The translations under genes were made by a program, and so were the position numbers. Source: Smithellaceae bacterium (GTDB lineage: Bacteria; Desulfobacterota; Syntrophia; Syntrophales; Smithellaceae). Taken from it: a DNA stretch of 64,000 bases. The notes below the pieces were generated by a model. That model did not search any database. It was not told the origin of the DNA and saw nothing but the letters and a program-made list of their open reading frames with translations. The stretch spans positions 2,464,001-2,528,000 of the forward strand of contig CAXXVL010000002.1 of NCBI GenBank assembly GCA_963667845.2, given 5' to 3'. This document shows positions 9,622-18,151 of this stretch, piece by piece. Within the stretch, counting starts at the first letter, position 1. Each line of letters begins with the position of its first letter.

Positions 9622-10665
9622 ATGAATATCTTGAAGACAGGCGTTGTGGTTGTCGCGGCATTATTTTCCTTCACATGTCTTTTCAGCAGCGCTGCTTTGG
9701 CGAACTATACGGCTGCCCCGACAGAAGAAATTACCAGCAAAGAAATCCAACCCAAAAAAACGGGAAAACAAACCAGGCTAAAGAAGAAGTGCTGCGGGAA
9801 AAAAGAAAAAATAGTGATCGCGGGTAGTATTGAAAAGCGGCGGGCCGCTTTGCAGGCATCCTTCCGGAAGGCCGGAATCAGCCAGGATGAGATTGATCAA
9901 ATATTTGCCGACGAACGCGTCGAGATCCACTACAATATATATTCGCCTCCGGTGCCCAAAGAAGGCGAGCAGAAAAAGAGGAGACTGAGTTACTTCGATG
10001 ACGAGTTCGGCCTGCTCAAACCGGAGTCCATTGAATCCGGAAAAAGAATCATCGAGGAAAACAAAGAACGCTTTGAGAGGCTGGAAAGTCTCTATGGTAT
10101 TCCCGCCAATTACATTGTGGCTATTATCAGGGTAGAAACCAACTTCAAACAGCATCTCGGCGAATACAGAGTTTTCAATGCCCTGTATTCGATGGCCATG
10201 CTCAGTAAAAGAGCAAAGCGTGTTCACATGGCCGGTAAAGAACTTGTCACGTGGGTAAAGATGTGCAGGAAAACGGAGATGGACCCGTTTGCCGTGAAAG
10301 GTTCGTGGGCCGGCGCCTTCGGCATCCCCCAGTTTATGCCTTCATCGTACGTTATTTTTGCCGTGGATGAGGATAACGACGGGGTAATCGATCTGTATGA
10401 TTATCCCGATGCTTTTGCCAGCGTTGCCAATTACCTCAATCGTGTGGGCTGGAAAACCGGCAACGAGAAGAGAATGCGTCAGGCCATCTATCGTTACAAC
10501 CATGAAAAAGCCTACGTCAACGCGGTCTTTGCATACGCCCAGAGCGTCGGGGCGAATTCAGAGTATATGGCATATCCGCGCGACAGGGCGTATCCGGAAG
10601 ACATGGCGTATCGGGGGGATGTGGCGTATCCCGGGGACATACCGCTTAATGATCCTGCGCAATAA
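9622..10665 (+). CDS. mltB: Lytic murein transglycosylase (MltB/Slt35 family)
   Basis: AIIRVETNF (catalytic Glu), GSWAGAFGIPQFMPSSY, EF-hand-like DEDNDGVIDL, ASVANYL...GW, YRYNH; signal peptide. Confidence 0.88.
   Translation: MNILKTGVVVVAALFSFTCLFSSAALANYTAAPTEEITSKEIQPKKTGKQTRLKKKCCGKKEKIVIAGSIEKRRAALQASFRKAGISQDEIDQIFADERVEIHYNIYSPPVPKEGEQKKRRLSYFDDEFGLLKPESIESGKRIIEENKERFERLESLYGIPANYIVAIIRVETNFKQHLGEYRVFNALYSMAMLSKRAKRVHMAGKELVTWVKMCRKTEMDPFAVKGSWAGAFGIPQFMPSSYVIFAVDEDNDGVIDLYDYPDAFASVANYLNRVGWKTGNEKRMRQAIYRYNHEKAYVNAVFAYAQSVGANSEYMAYPRDRAYPEDMAYRGDVAYPGDIPLNDPAQ
10567..10638 (+). repeat. Four 18-bp tandem repeats encoding xAY(P/R)xD hexapeptides at the MltB C-terminus
   Basis: ATGGCATATCCGCGCGAC / AGGGCGTATCCGGAAGAC / ATGGCGTATCGGGGGGAT / GTGGCGTATCCCGGGGAC. 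Confidence 0.8.
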
Positions 10666-10806
10666 TCGTGAAGGTTCAATCATGATCTCCCGGTAACATC
10701 GGGATGCCCGGAGAATACATGAAATATCGACACGGCATGTTGAATTTTCATGGCATCGGGGCGTGGGGCGCGCGCATGGTAGAAGAAACCCACCGGGAGA
10801 GAATTT

Positions 10807-11682
10807 ATGCAATTGACTTCTGATTTTGTCGGCGCATCACTTAAAGAGTACACCTGTGTGGTTGACGCCCGCTTCGCGATGAACTATGCGGCGGCAATCG
10901 GCGACGCTAATCCCGTCTATTTCAATGACGAGCAGCCGCAGGGGATTGTCGCGCCGCCTCTGTTTCCCGTGGCGCTTACCTGGCCCATCGTCGAGCACAT
11001 TACGGATTACCTGCAGGCGGACGGATTTCCGCAGGAGGTGCTGTTCACCCAGGTCCATTACAGCGAGCACTTAAGCCTGCACCGGCCGGTGAAACCCGGC
11101 ATGCATTTGAGAATCAACGGCGTCATTGCCGCTATTGTGCCGCACCGGGCAGGGACGTATGTCGTTATCAAATATGACGCGCAGGATGCCCGCGGCGATA
11201 AAATATTTACGGAGCATATCGGTGCGATGATGAGAGGCGTTTTGTGCGCCGATGCCGGAAAAGGCGCCTCGTCCATTCCCTCCGTCCCCATCCATGAAGG
11301 TTCGTCCGCGCTGTGGGAATCGGTTATTCCGATTGATCCCCTGGCCCCGTTCCTCTATGACGGGTGCACGAACATTCATTTTCCCATCCACACGTCCGTT
11401 CGATTCGCCCATCAGGTGGGGCTTCCCGGAATCATCCATCAGGGAACGGCAACGCTCGCCGTTTCCGTTCATGACATTCTCAATAAAGAGGCGGGAGGCG
11501 ATCCGCTGAAGCTCGCGACGGTTTACTGCCGGTTTTCCGGGATGGTGATCCCCGGCTCGTCCATTCGGGTTTGCCTGACCGGCAAGAACAAGATGGCGGA
11601 CGGGACGGATCTGTTTTTCACCGTATACAATGCCGAGGGGAAGAAGGCCATAAGCAATGGCTACATGAGACTGACAGCCTGA
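10807..11682 (+). CDS. MaoC-like double hot-dog (R)-enoyl-CoA hydratase/dehydratase
   Basis: YAAAIGDANP, VAPPLF, PIHTSVRFAHQVGLPGIIHQG, RFSGMVIPG. Confidence 0.82.
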   Translation: MQLTSDFVGASLKEYTCVVDARFAMNYAAAIGDANPVYFNDEQPQGIVAPPLFPVALTWPIVEHITDYLQADGFPQEVLFTQVHYSEHLSLHRPVKPGMHLRINGVIAAIVPHRAGTYVVIKYDAQDARGDKIFTEHIGAMMRGVLCADAGKGASSIPSVPIHEGSSALWESVIPIDPLAPFLYDGCTNIHFPIHTSVRFAHQVGLPGIIHQGTATLAVSVHDILNKEAGGDPLKLATVYCRFSGMVIPGSSIRVCLTGKNKMADGTDLFFTVYNAEGKKAISNGYMRLTA

Positions 11683-11727
11683 ACCAACAGGGTTTTTCAA
11701 CACCCTGCTAAAGGAGGGAAGGGTATC

Positions 11728-13317
11728 ATGGCCTGGGAAGAGCTGAATCAAACGTGGCACTATGTGGAAAAGTGGGCTGACGCAAGGCCGGATGCCGAGG
11801 CGCTGGTCGCAGGCGATGAGAGATTAACCTGGCGTGAATTTGCGCGGCAGATGGATGCGGTAGCCCTGGCCTATCTGGAAATCGGAATCGAAAAGGGCGA
11901 TCGGATAGCGCTTTTGTCCATGGCGCGCAATGAATTCCTCACCACTTACATGGCTGCGGGAAAGGTCGGGGCGATCTGGCTGGGCCTGTCGCCAAAATAT
12001 ACGCTCGACGAACTGCGCTACCAGCTTAACGACTGCCGCCCCAAACTGCTCATCACGCTGCGCGAGTACATGGGGAGCGATCTTGCCCAAACGGTAAGTA
12101 CTCTTCAGAAGGAGTGCCCGTTTTTGAAAAAAGTTCTGGTGATCGGCGATCCTTTTCCCGGCGCGGAGCGCTTTGCTGATTATGTTGGAAAACCGCGGCC
12201 CGGCTTCGCCGCAGCACTGGCAAAAAGAGCGTCGGAAGTGACGCCTGCGGATGACGCCCTGCTTTTATACACGTCCGGGTCAACCGGCAAGCCCAAAGGC
12301 GTCGTCCATACCCACCGCAGCATTGTGGAGAACATCAAAGTGGAAATTGAGAAATTCTCTTTTGATGAAAACTCGCGGGGGCTTCTTCACTTTCCCATTA
12401 ATCATGTGGCGGCGGATGTTGAAATCGGGTTCGGCGCCATCATGTCGGGCGGCTGCATTGTGTGCATGGACAAATTCGATCCGCTTCAGACCCTGAAAGT
12501 CATCGAGCAAGAAAAGATAACCCATATCGGACAGGTGCCGGTGATGTTTCTGCTGGAATTCAAGCAGCCGGAATTCTGGACGTGCGATTTCAGTAACGTC
12601 AAGGCCTTTGTCTGGGCGGGCGCGGCCGCGCCGAAAGTCATGATCGATTTGCTCGGGCCGATCTGCGAGAAGTCGGGCGCCAAAATGATTACCGGTTACG
12701 GCAGCACGGAAGTCTGCGGTTTCATCACTTACACCGGGCCCGAGGACAACGCCGAGACACTCCTCAAGACCGTCGGAAAAATTGCCCAACCCTTCGAACT
12801 GAAAATTGTCGATAAAGAGCGTCGTGAAATTGCGGCAGGCGTTATAGGCGAAATTGCCGTACGGGGGCCTTTCCTGATGAAGGGTTACTATAACAAACCG
12901 GAAGAAACGCCCCGGGTCATCGATCGGGACGGCTGGTATTACACGACGGACCTTGGTTTTAAGGACGAGGGCGGATACATTCACATCACCGGAAGGCTCT
13001 CGGAAATGTTCAAAAGCGGCGGTGAGAACGTGTATCCGCGGGAAGTGGAAGAGGCCATCGAGGCGCACGCGGCGGTTCTGTTTGCCGCCGTGATCGGCGT
13101 TCCGGACGAAATCTATCAGGAAGTCGGGTGGGCTTTTGTCATGCCGACGCCGGGCCAGAATGTAACCGAAGAGGAACTGCGCGATTTATGCAAATCCACC
13201 CTAGCCAACTTCAAGGTGCCGAAGAAATATTTTATCCGCCCGATGCTGCCGCTCCTGGCCAGCGGCAAGGTGAACAAGCTGGCGCTGAAAGACGAAATCC
13301 GGGAGATGATGAAATAA
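11728..13317 (+). CDS. Long-chain acyl-CoA synthetase (class I adenylate-forming enzyme)
   Basis: YTSGSTGKPKG, GYGSTE, DGWYYTTDLG, KSGGENVYPREVE, SGKVNK. Confidence 0.93.
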   Translation: MAWEELNQTWHYVEKWADARPDAEALVAGDERLTWREFARQMDAVALAYLEIGIEKGDRIALLSMARNEFLTTYMAAGKVGAIWLGLSPKYTLDELRYQLNDCRPKLLITLREYMGSDLAQTVSTLQKECPFLKKVLVIGDPFPGAERFADYVGKPRPGFAAALAKRASEVTPADDALLLYTSGSTGKPKGVVHTHRSIVENIKVEIEKFSFDENSRGLLHFPINHVAADVEIGFGAIMSGGCIVCMDKFDPLQTLKVIEQEKITHIGQVPVMFLLEFKQPEFWTCDFSNVKAFVWAGAAAPKVMIDLLGPICEKSGAKMITGYGSTEVCGFITYTGPEDNAETLLKTVGKIAQPFELKIVDKERREIAAGVIGEIAVRGPFLMKGYYNKPEETPRVIDRDGWYYTTDLGFKDEGGYIHITGRLSEMFKSGGENVYPREVEEAIEAHAAVLFAAVIGVPDEIYQEVGWAFVMPTPGQNVTEEELRDLCKSTLANFKVPKKYFIRPMLPLLASGKVNKLALKDEIREMMK

Positions 13318-13521
13318 AGGCCAGGCGAGGGGAAGATGCGGGTGCGTTCCTTGTAGCAGGAATCGTCGGGGAAACGGCGCGTCGCAGGCGGCGGCAACCT
13401 CGTAAAAAGTATAAAAGAGGATAGGCATTAAATCAGAAAACAGTTATCGAGTGACAAGAATGTCTGTAAATAAGAAAAAATGTTTGTTTGTCTATAAGTA
13501 TTCTATTGGAAGGATGCTGGC

Positions 13522-14730
13522 GTGAACGTCATTATTAATTACCAGTGTAACTGCAAATGCGACTATTGCTTTGCGAAACCGTTTTCAAGCAGTAATCCTT
13601 CTCTCTATATGGGTGTGGAAGAATACAAAGATATTCTTCTCTTTTTGAAAAAGTCAGGATTTTCATTTATCCATATTTTTGGTGGAGAACCAACGCTGCA
13701 TCCGGATTTTATCGAGCTTGTCAGTTACGCCGACAAAATGTTCCGCACTTTTTTTGTCCTGACAAACGGTTTCGTGGAAAAGAAGATAACCGATCAACTT
13801 AAGGCGTTTTCTTCGGCAAAATACGTGTGCAACTATAGCGCAAGAAAATTCTCCACCAGGCCGGCGGCCAATTTAGATCATTTTTTAAAAACGCTGCATA
13901 AGTCTATTACTCTGGGAGTTACCTACACCGGAAATATTTCCGCCAGGGAAATTGACTCGTGGATCAAAACAATTAACGGCTACGATTTAAAACGCCTTCT
14001 CCGTTTCGGCATTGCCTCGCCTGACTGTCAGAGAAGCAATACCTATGTTGATTTCAACAAGGGAAGAAGAAAATTCAACAGGGATTTACAATTAATTGCC
14101 ACGAAACTGTTTAAGGAAGGCATCCTGCTGGCAGAAGATTGTACAAGTATTCCTTTGTGCAAATTAGATAATGATACGATTGCTTTATGGAAAAGAAACT
14201 TCGGGAACGATATCATGACCCGTTGCGCCCCTCCTTCAGATTATCTGCCCGGTAAAATGGTTAGCAGTTGTTTCGGCACGGCAAGCTTCTTGGTTCCTTT
14301 CTCCAAGTATAAAACAGGTCAAGAATTTCAAGCCTACTTTATGAGGCTACATCAATTACTGGAGAATAACATTGCCATCAAGCCATGTTCCGAATGCGAT
14401 TATTTCAAAATTTCTTGTTTTGGCGGTTGTCTAAGTAATTTTATCTCACAGTTAAATCCGCTGATCTTCAAAAACCATGCGCACCGGGAAAAGGGTCATC
14501 AGCAATGGCTGATCTACTGCGACACTGAGAAAACGTTAGTCATGAAGAAGAACGATATTGATCGACATTTTATCTTCACGGGCATTGAAAAAATGTTTTT
14601 TGATTTGTTAATCAAAGAGCCGGAAGATATGGAGGCAATCAAAGAAGATTCTCCGGAAAATGTATTGGAAGTATATAATTACATTGTTGATCAAGATCAA
14701 AACAGTTCCGGCTGCTCGAGCAATCCATAA
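13522..14730 (+). CDS. Radical SAM protein with SPASM/Twitch-like Cys cluster and C-terminal extension
   Basis: CNCKCDYC (Cx3Cx2C), FGGEPTLHP, LTNG; downstream Cys motifs including CSECDYFKISCFGGC; GTG start after GGAAGGA. Confidence 0.88.
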   Translation: MNVIINYQCNCKCDYCFAKPFSSSNPSLYMGVEEYKDILLFLKKSGFSFIHIFGGEPTLHPDFIELVSYADKMFRTFFVLTNGFVEKKITDQLKAFSSAKYVCNYSARKFSTRPAANLDHFLKTLHKSITLGVTYTGNISAREIDSWIKTINGYDLKRLLRFGIASPDCQRSNTYVDFNKGRRKFNRDLQLIATKLFKEGILLAEDCTSIPLCKLDNDTIALWKRNFGNDIMTRCAPPSDYLPGKMVSSCFGTASFLVPFSKYKTGQEFQAYFMRLHQLLENNIAIKPCSECDYFKISCFGGCLSNFISQLNPLIFKNHAHREKGHQQWLIYCDTEKTLVMKKNDIDRHFIFTGIEKMFFDLLIKEPEDMEAIKEDSPENVLEVYNYIVDQDQNSSGCSSNP

Positions 14731-14739
14731 ACAATCAAC

Positions 14740-14768
14740 TTGACTTGCAATATTGCTTACAGTACTAT
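14740..14768 (+). promoter_or_regulatory. Sigma70-like promoter for the precursor peptide genes
   Basis: TTGACT-17bp-TACTAT; the spacer contains the palindrome GCAATATTGC. Confidence 0.6.
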
Positions 14769-14844
14769 CATCACAGTTGTGTGGATAGATTGGTAAAAAT
14801 ATTTTTTTGTTCGCGTTTGTATGAGGGTGTAAAAGGAGGATGTT

Positions 14845-15048
14845 ATGTTATTGGTAAATAAGAGTGGTCGAATCTATGATGTTCCTGAACAATTAGCCAA
14901 ACAATATATAGCTTCGAAAATGAGCCAATCGAGAGAGGAAATCGACGATCTGCTCAGCACTTTACGTAAACCTGCTGCGGCATCACCGGGAGTGGATTCA
15001 GAGTGCGGGTGCTGCTGTATATATTCCAACTATTGCCCCAACAAGTAA
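14845..15048 (+). CDS. Putative RiPP precursor peptide 1 (core SECGCCCIYSNYCPNK)
   Basis: 67 aa; strong RBS AAGGAGG; Cys-rich C-terminus; paralog adjacent; flanked by radical SAM genes. Confidence 0.88.
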   Translation: MLLVNKSGRIYDVPEQLAKQYIASKMSQSREEIDDLLSTLRKPAAASPGVDSECGCCCIYSNYCPNK

Positions 15049-15087
15049 CCTTTTTTACTTGTCACGAGAGATTCTGCCTAGGAGGAT

Positions 15088-15294
15088 ATGATGTTATTGA
15101 TGAACAAGAGCGGCCGTATTTATGATGTTCCCGAACAATTAGCTGAGCAATATCTGGCGGCGAAAATGAGCACGTCGAGAGAAGCGATCGGCGACATGTT
15201 GAGCACGTTGCGAAAACCTGCTACGACATCAGCGGAGATAGCGTCGGAATGCGGATGCTGCTGCGCTTATTCCAATTATTGCCCCAACAAGTAA
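15088..15294 (+). CDS. Putative RiPP precursor peptide 2 (core SECGCCCAYSNYCPNK)
   Basis: 68 aa; RBS AGGAGG; 52/67 identical to precursor 1. Confidence 0.88.
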   Translation: MMLLMNKSGRIYDVPEQLAEQYLAAKMSTSREAIGDMLSTLRKPATTSAEIASECGCCCAYSNYCPNK

Positions 15295-15306
15295 CCTTTA
15301 GCGATT

Positions 15307-15350
15307 TACTTGCTGCGATTTTGCCCTGTCACGAATCGCAGCAAGTATTT
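15307..15350 (+). terminator. Stem-loop after precursor genes (terminator or mRNA-stabilising hairpin)
   Basis: 14-bp perfect stem TACTTGCTGCGATT / AATCGCAGCAAGTA with a 13-nt loop, followed by a short TTT. Confidence 0.65.
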
Positions 15351-15399
15351 GATCTGTACTTATTCTTGGCATTAATCATCCCAAAATCAGATTGGAATG

Positions 15400-15416
15400 C
15401 CGGCACGTTGCTTGCG
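15400..15416 (+). promoter_or_regulatory. Candidate sigma54 (-24/-12) promoter upstream of the second radical SAM gene
   Basis: CCGGCACGTTGCTTGCG: GG-N10-GC with GGCACG and TTGC boxes. Confidence 0.45.
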
Positions 15417-15556
15417 CCATAAACCATGTTGATACTACCGCAAATGTCCCATCGCCTGAGCCTGCAAGATGCCCGTTTCGGGGTGATGTCGGAAGGTGAG
15501 TGCAATCAGGGCCGGGCAGCATTGCCAACGTTGTATCCAAAAAATATTAAGGATAA

Positions 15557-16747
15557 TTGATCATGACAGCAAAATTCTCCCTCTTCACTGATCTGAGAGC
15601 CGTGACGTTTCAGTTGACCACGGCGTGCAACCTTTCCTGTGATTATTGTTTCCAGGATGCCTGCAACGTCTCCTTATCGCCTCCAGGTGAAGGGAAAAAA
15701 GTAGTGGACCCCCGCCAGACCGCTGAAACCCTCATCAAACTCATGAAGGTCAGCAACATGGACATGGGAATGGTTTTCTCCGGCGGTGAACCCCTGCTCG
15801 TTCCCGTGGACTGGTATGAAACTTTTTTTCAAGTGGTTGATCCATACCTCACGGAATCCGGAAAGACATTGGACTATTCGGTCCAGACCAATATTTCGAT
15901 TCTGACTCCGGCGATCATTGACCTCTTCAAAAAACACGATGTGCATTTTTCCATTCATTACGATGGAGATCTGGATGATGCAAAACTGCTCGCGAAAAAA
16001 AGAAAAGATAACATTGTCACATTATTTAAAAATGGATTCCCGATCACGGCCCTGGTTGTCGGCACGGTGGAATCCCTGAGAGCGCTGCCGTCCACCATCG
16101 AGTTTTTCATTAAGAACGGTGTTCGTTTTTATCGCATTAATTACGTTTCGAGCCAGGGCAGAGGCCACAACGTATCAAAAATTCCGCCCCAGCTCAGGGC
16201 TGAAGCGGAATTCGAAGCAGCGTTCATGGCTTCTCAGTTTGACTTCAAAACACGGGACAATGTCGGCATGAACAAATTCCTCTTCTATTACAAGAACGTC
16301 ATTTGCGGCGGCGACTATAGCCTTATGCCGCGCCCGCAAATCTGCAAGGCGGGTCTGTGGTCCGCGTACGTGGCCGCCGACGGGCTTGTCTATCCCTGCA
16401 GCTTCTTTACCGGCATAACCGGTCCTATTGCCGAAGCAAAGGATATTCCTTCTCATCTGGGGGGAGCCTTGAGAGTGATTGAGCTGTGCGAGGCGAAAAA
16501 TTCTTACTATGATGAGAAGTGCAAAAAATGTGAGGCCCTGCCGATTTGCGGGGAATACTGCACACTGCAGCCGGTAACGGATACAACGGTTATGGAATCC
16601 TTCTGCAATGCCCAGGTAACCTTGCGTCGTTTGATGGACGAGAACAGAGAGATCACGGAACTCATCGCCAAGAGATTCCTGGAACACAAAAGAACGTATC
16701 CGCAGGATGTCCCCCAGTCATGCGGGACGAGCGCCCAGAAGAGCTGA
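15557..16747 (+). CDS. Radical SAM/SPASM domain peptide maturase
   Basis: CNLSCDYC, FSGGEPLL, SVQTN; SPASM motifs CKAG...DGLVYPC and CKKCEALPICGEYC...C. Start is TTG 15557 or ATG 15563. Confidence 0.9.
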   Translation: MIMTAKFSLFTDLRAVTFQLTTACNLSCDYCFQDACNVSLSPPGEGKKVVDPRQTAETLIKLMKVSNMDMGMVFSGGEPLLVPVDWYETFFQVVDPYLTESGKTLDYSVQTNISILTPAIIDLFKKHDVHFSIHYDGDLDDAKLLAKKRKDNIVTLFKNGFPITALVVGTVESLRALPSTIEFFIKNGVRFYRINYVSSQGRGHNVSKIPPQLRAEAEFEAAFMASQFDFKTRDNVGMNKFLFYYKNVICGGDYSLMPRPQICKAGLWSAYVAADGLVYPCSFFTGITGPIAEAKDIPSHLGGALRVIELCEAKNSYYDEKCKKCEALPICGEYCTLQPVTDTTVMESFCNAQVTLRRLMDENREITELIAKRFLEHKRTYPQDVPQSCGTSAQKS

Positions 16748-16799
16748 CAGTTATTGACCCGGCCGGATTGCCAAGGCACCGCTTTTAAAAAAGGGGATC

Positions 16800-18095
16800 A
16801 TGCCTGACGAAAAACTATTCAATAAAAACTTCTCTCTTGTGTTTGCCGGTCAATGTACATCCGTCATCGGCAGCTCGCTGTATTATGTTGTCTTAGTCCT
16901 GTATTTGAAGCAAATGACAGGTTCCGCCACCGTTATCGGTATTGTGGAATTGCTGGCATTTCTGCCATGGGTTTTGCTGGGCCCGTTTGCCGGAACTCTG
17001 GTTGACAGGTCAAGCCGAAAGACAATCATTGTGTGGTCCGATTTTCTCCGCGGCCTGCTGATGCTGCTGTTGTTTGTTGTCAGTACGGAATATTTCATCG
17101 GCCTCAAAGTGATCGACATCGGAATAGCCCGCATTCATTTTATTTCCTTTCCCTTCGCCGTCTATGCCGTATTTTTTGTAACAGTATTGATGGGTATCAT
17201 TGATTCAGCCTTCAGCTCCGCCTTAAACTCGATCATTCCGGAAATATTGAGTAAAGAAAAAATTCAAAAGGGCAATTCATTGTTCCAGGGCGCGGGAGGG
17301 GTGCTGACAATGGCCGGCAACGCCCTGGGCGGTATTTTCTTCACCGTTTTAGGCGGGGCACTGGCGTTTCTGATCAACGGCATATCCTATCTGTCTGCGG
17401 CTTTCGCCAGTCTTTTCATATCAGCCGGACATAGAGAAACCCCGGAAAATAAATCCGCTTTCTCTTATCGAAGTTTTCTGAGGGAAACAAAGGAGGGCTT
17501 CCAGTTCATCTGGTCAAATAAAGGCCTGAGGAACCAGACGATCATCTACGCCCTGTCTAATCTCCTCTTTCCGACAGTGATGTTGTCGCTGCCTTTTTTG
17601 ATCGAAGACGTGATGAAGCTGAAAGGGGCATATTACGGGTATTTATTGAGCATCCTCACCCTGAGCTCCATCGCGGGCTATTTTATCTTTGGTTTATTCA
17701 AGACCACGGAAAAACAAAACTACGTGGTGATATGCGTCATATTTTTTATTGAAGCACTGTTGTTCTTATTTCTTTCCTTCACCGCGAATATAATTTCTGT
17801 CTTTGTGCTCTTAGCCCTTCTTTCTTCCTGCATGGCTATTTCACGGCTGATCAATACATCCCTCAAACAAAAAGTTATTCCCGATAAACTGCGGGGCCGG
17901 GTATTCGGAACGCTTGATTCCATTAACGGCAGTCTTGTCCCTCTTTCCTTTGCAGTGAGCGGGATCATTATCGACCTTCTGCATAAGGACATCTTGATGC
18001 TCTTTTCCATTATCTTCGGCATCTACGCAGTGTTGGCAATTTCTTTTGTCTTTAATAAACCGATCAGGCACTTCTATTTGAATTCGGGAGTTTAA
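16800..18095 (+). CDS. MFS transporter (DHA3/macrolide-efflux-like), probable exporter
   Basis: About 12 TM; motif A GTLVDRSSRK; IPDKLRGRVFG. Confidence 0.9.
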   Translation: MPDEKLFNKNFSLVFAGQCTSVIGSSLYYVVLVLYLKQMTGSATVIGIVELLAFLPWVLLGPFAGTLVDRSSRKTIIVWSDFLRGLLMLLLFVVSTEYFIGLKVIDIGIARIHFISFPFAVYAVFFVTVLMGIIDSAFSSALNSIIPEILSKEKIQKGNSLFQGAGGVLTMAGNALGGIFFTVLGGALAFLINGISYLSAAFASLFISAGHRETPENKSAFSYRSFLRETKEGFQFIWSNKGLRNQTIIYALSNLLFPTVMLSLPFLIEDVMKLKGAYYGYLLSILTLSSIAGYFIFGLFKTTEKQNYVVICVIFFIEALLFLFLSFTANIISVFVLLALLSSCMAISRLINTSLKQKVIPDKLRGRVFGTLDSINGSLVPLSFAVSGIIIDLLHKDILMLFSIIFGIYAVLAISFVFNKPIRHFYLNSGV

Positions 18096-18151
18096 TCCGC
18101 TCACGCGGGACGGGCGTTAATTCTCCGCAGCTTGCTGCGAGGTGGTTGATT
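18093..18151 (+). repeat. Dispersed repeat family copy 1 (internally deleted)
   Basis: TAATCCGCTCACGCGGGACGGGCGTTAATTCTCCGCAGCTTGCTGCGAGGTGGTTGATT; matches both ends of the ~100-bp copies at 24254, 33085 and 49661. Confidence 0.75.

Noticed and set aside
10807..13317. MaoC dehydratase and acyl-CoA synthetase as lipidation enzymes of the adjacent RiPP cluster
   Set aside because: They look like ordinary host-composition fatty-acid metabolism genes, are separated from rSAM-1 by a ~200-bp gap with a compositional shift, and no ACP or acyltransferase is present. Not excluded without synteny data.
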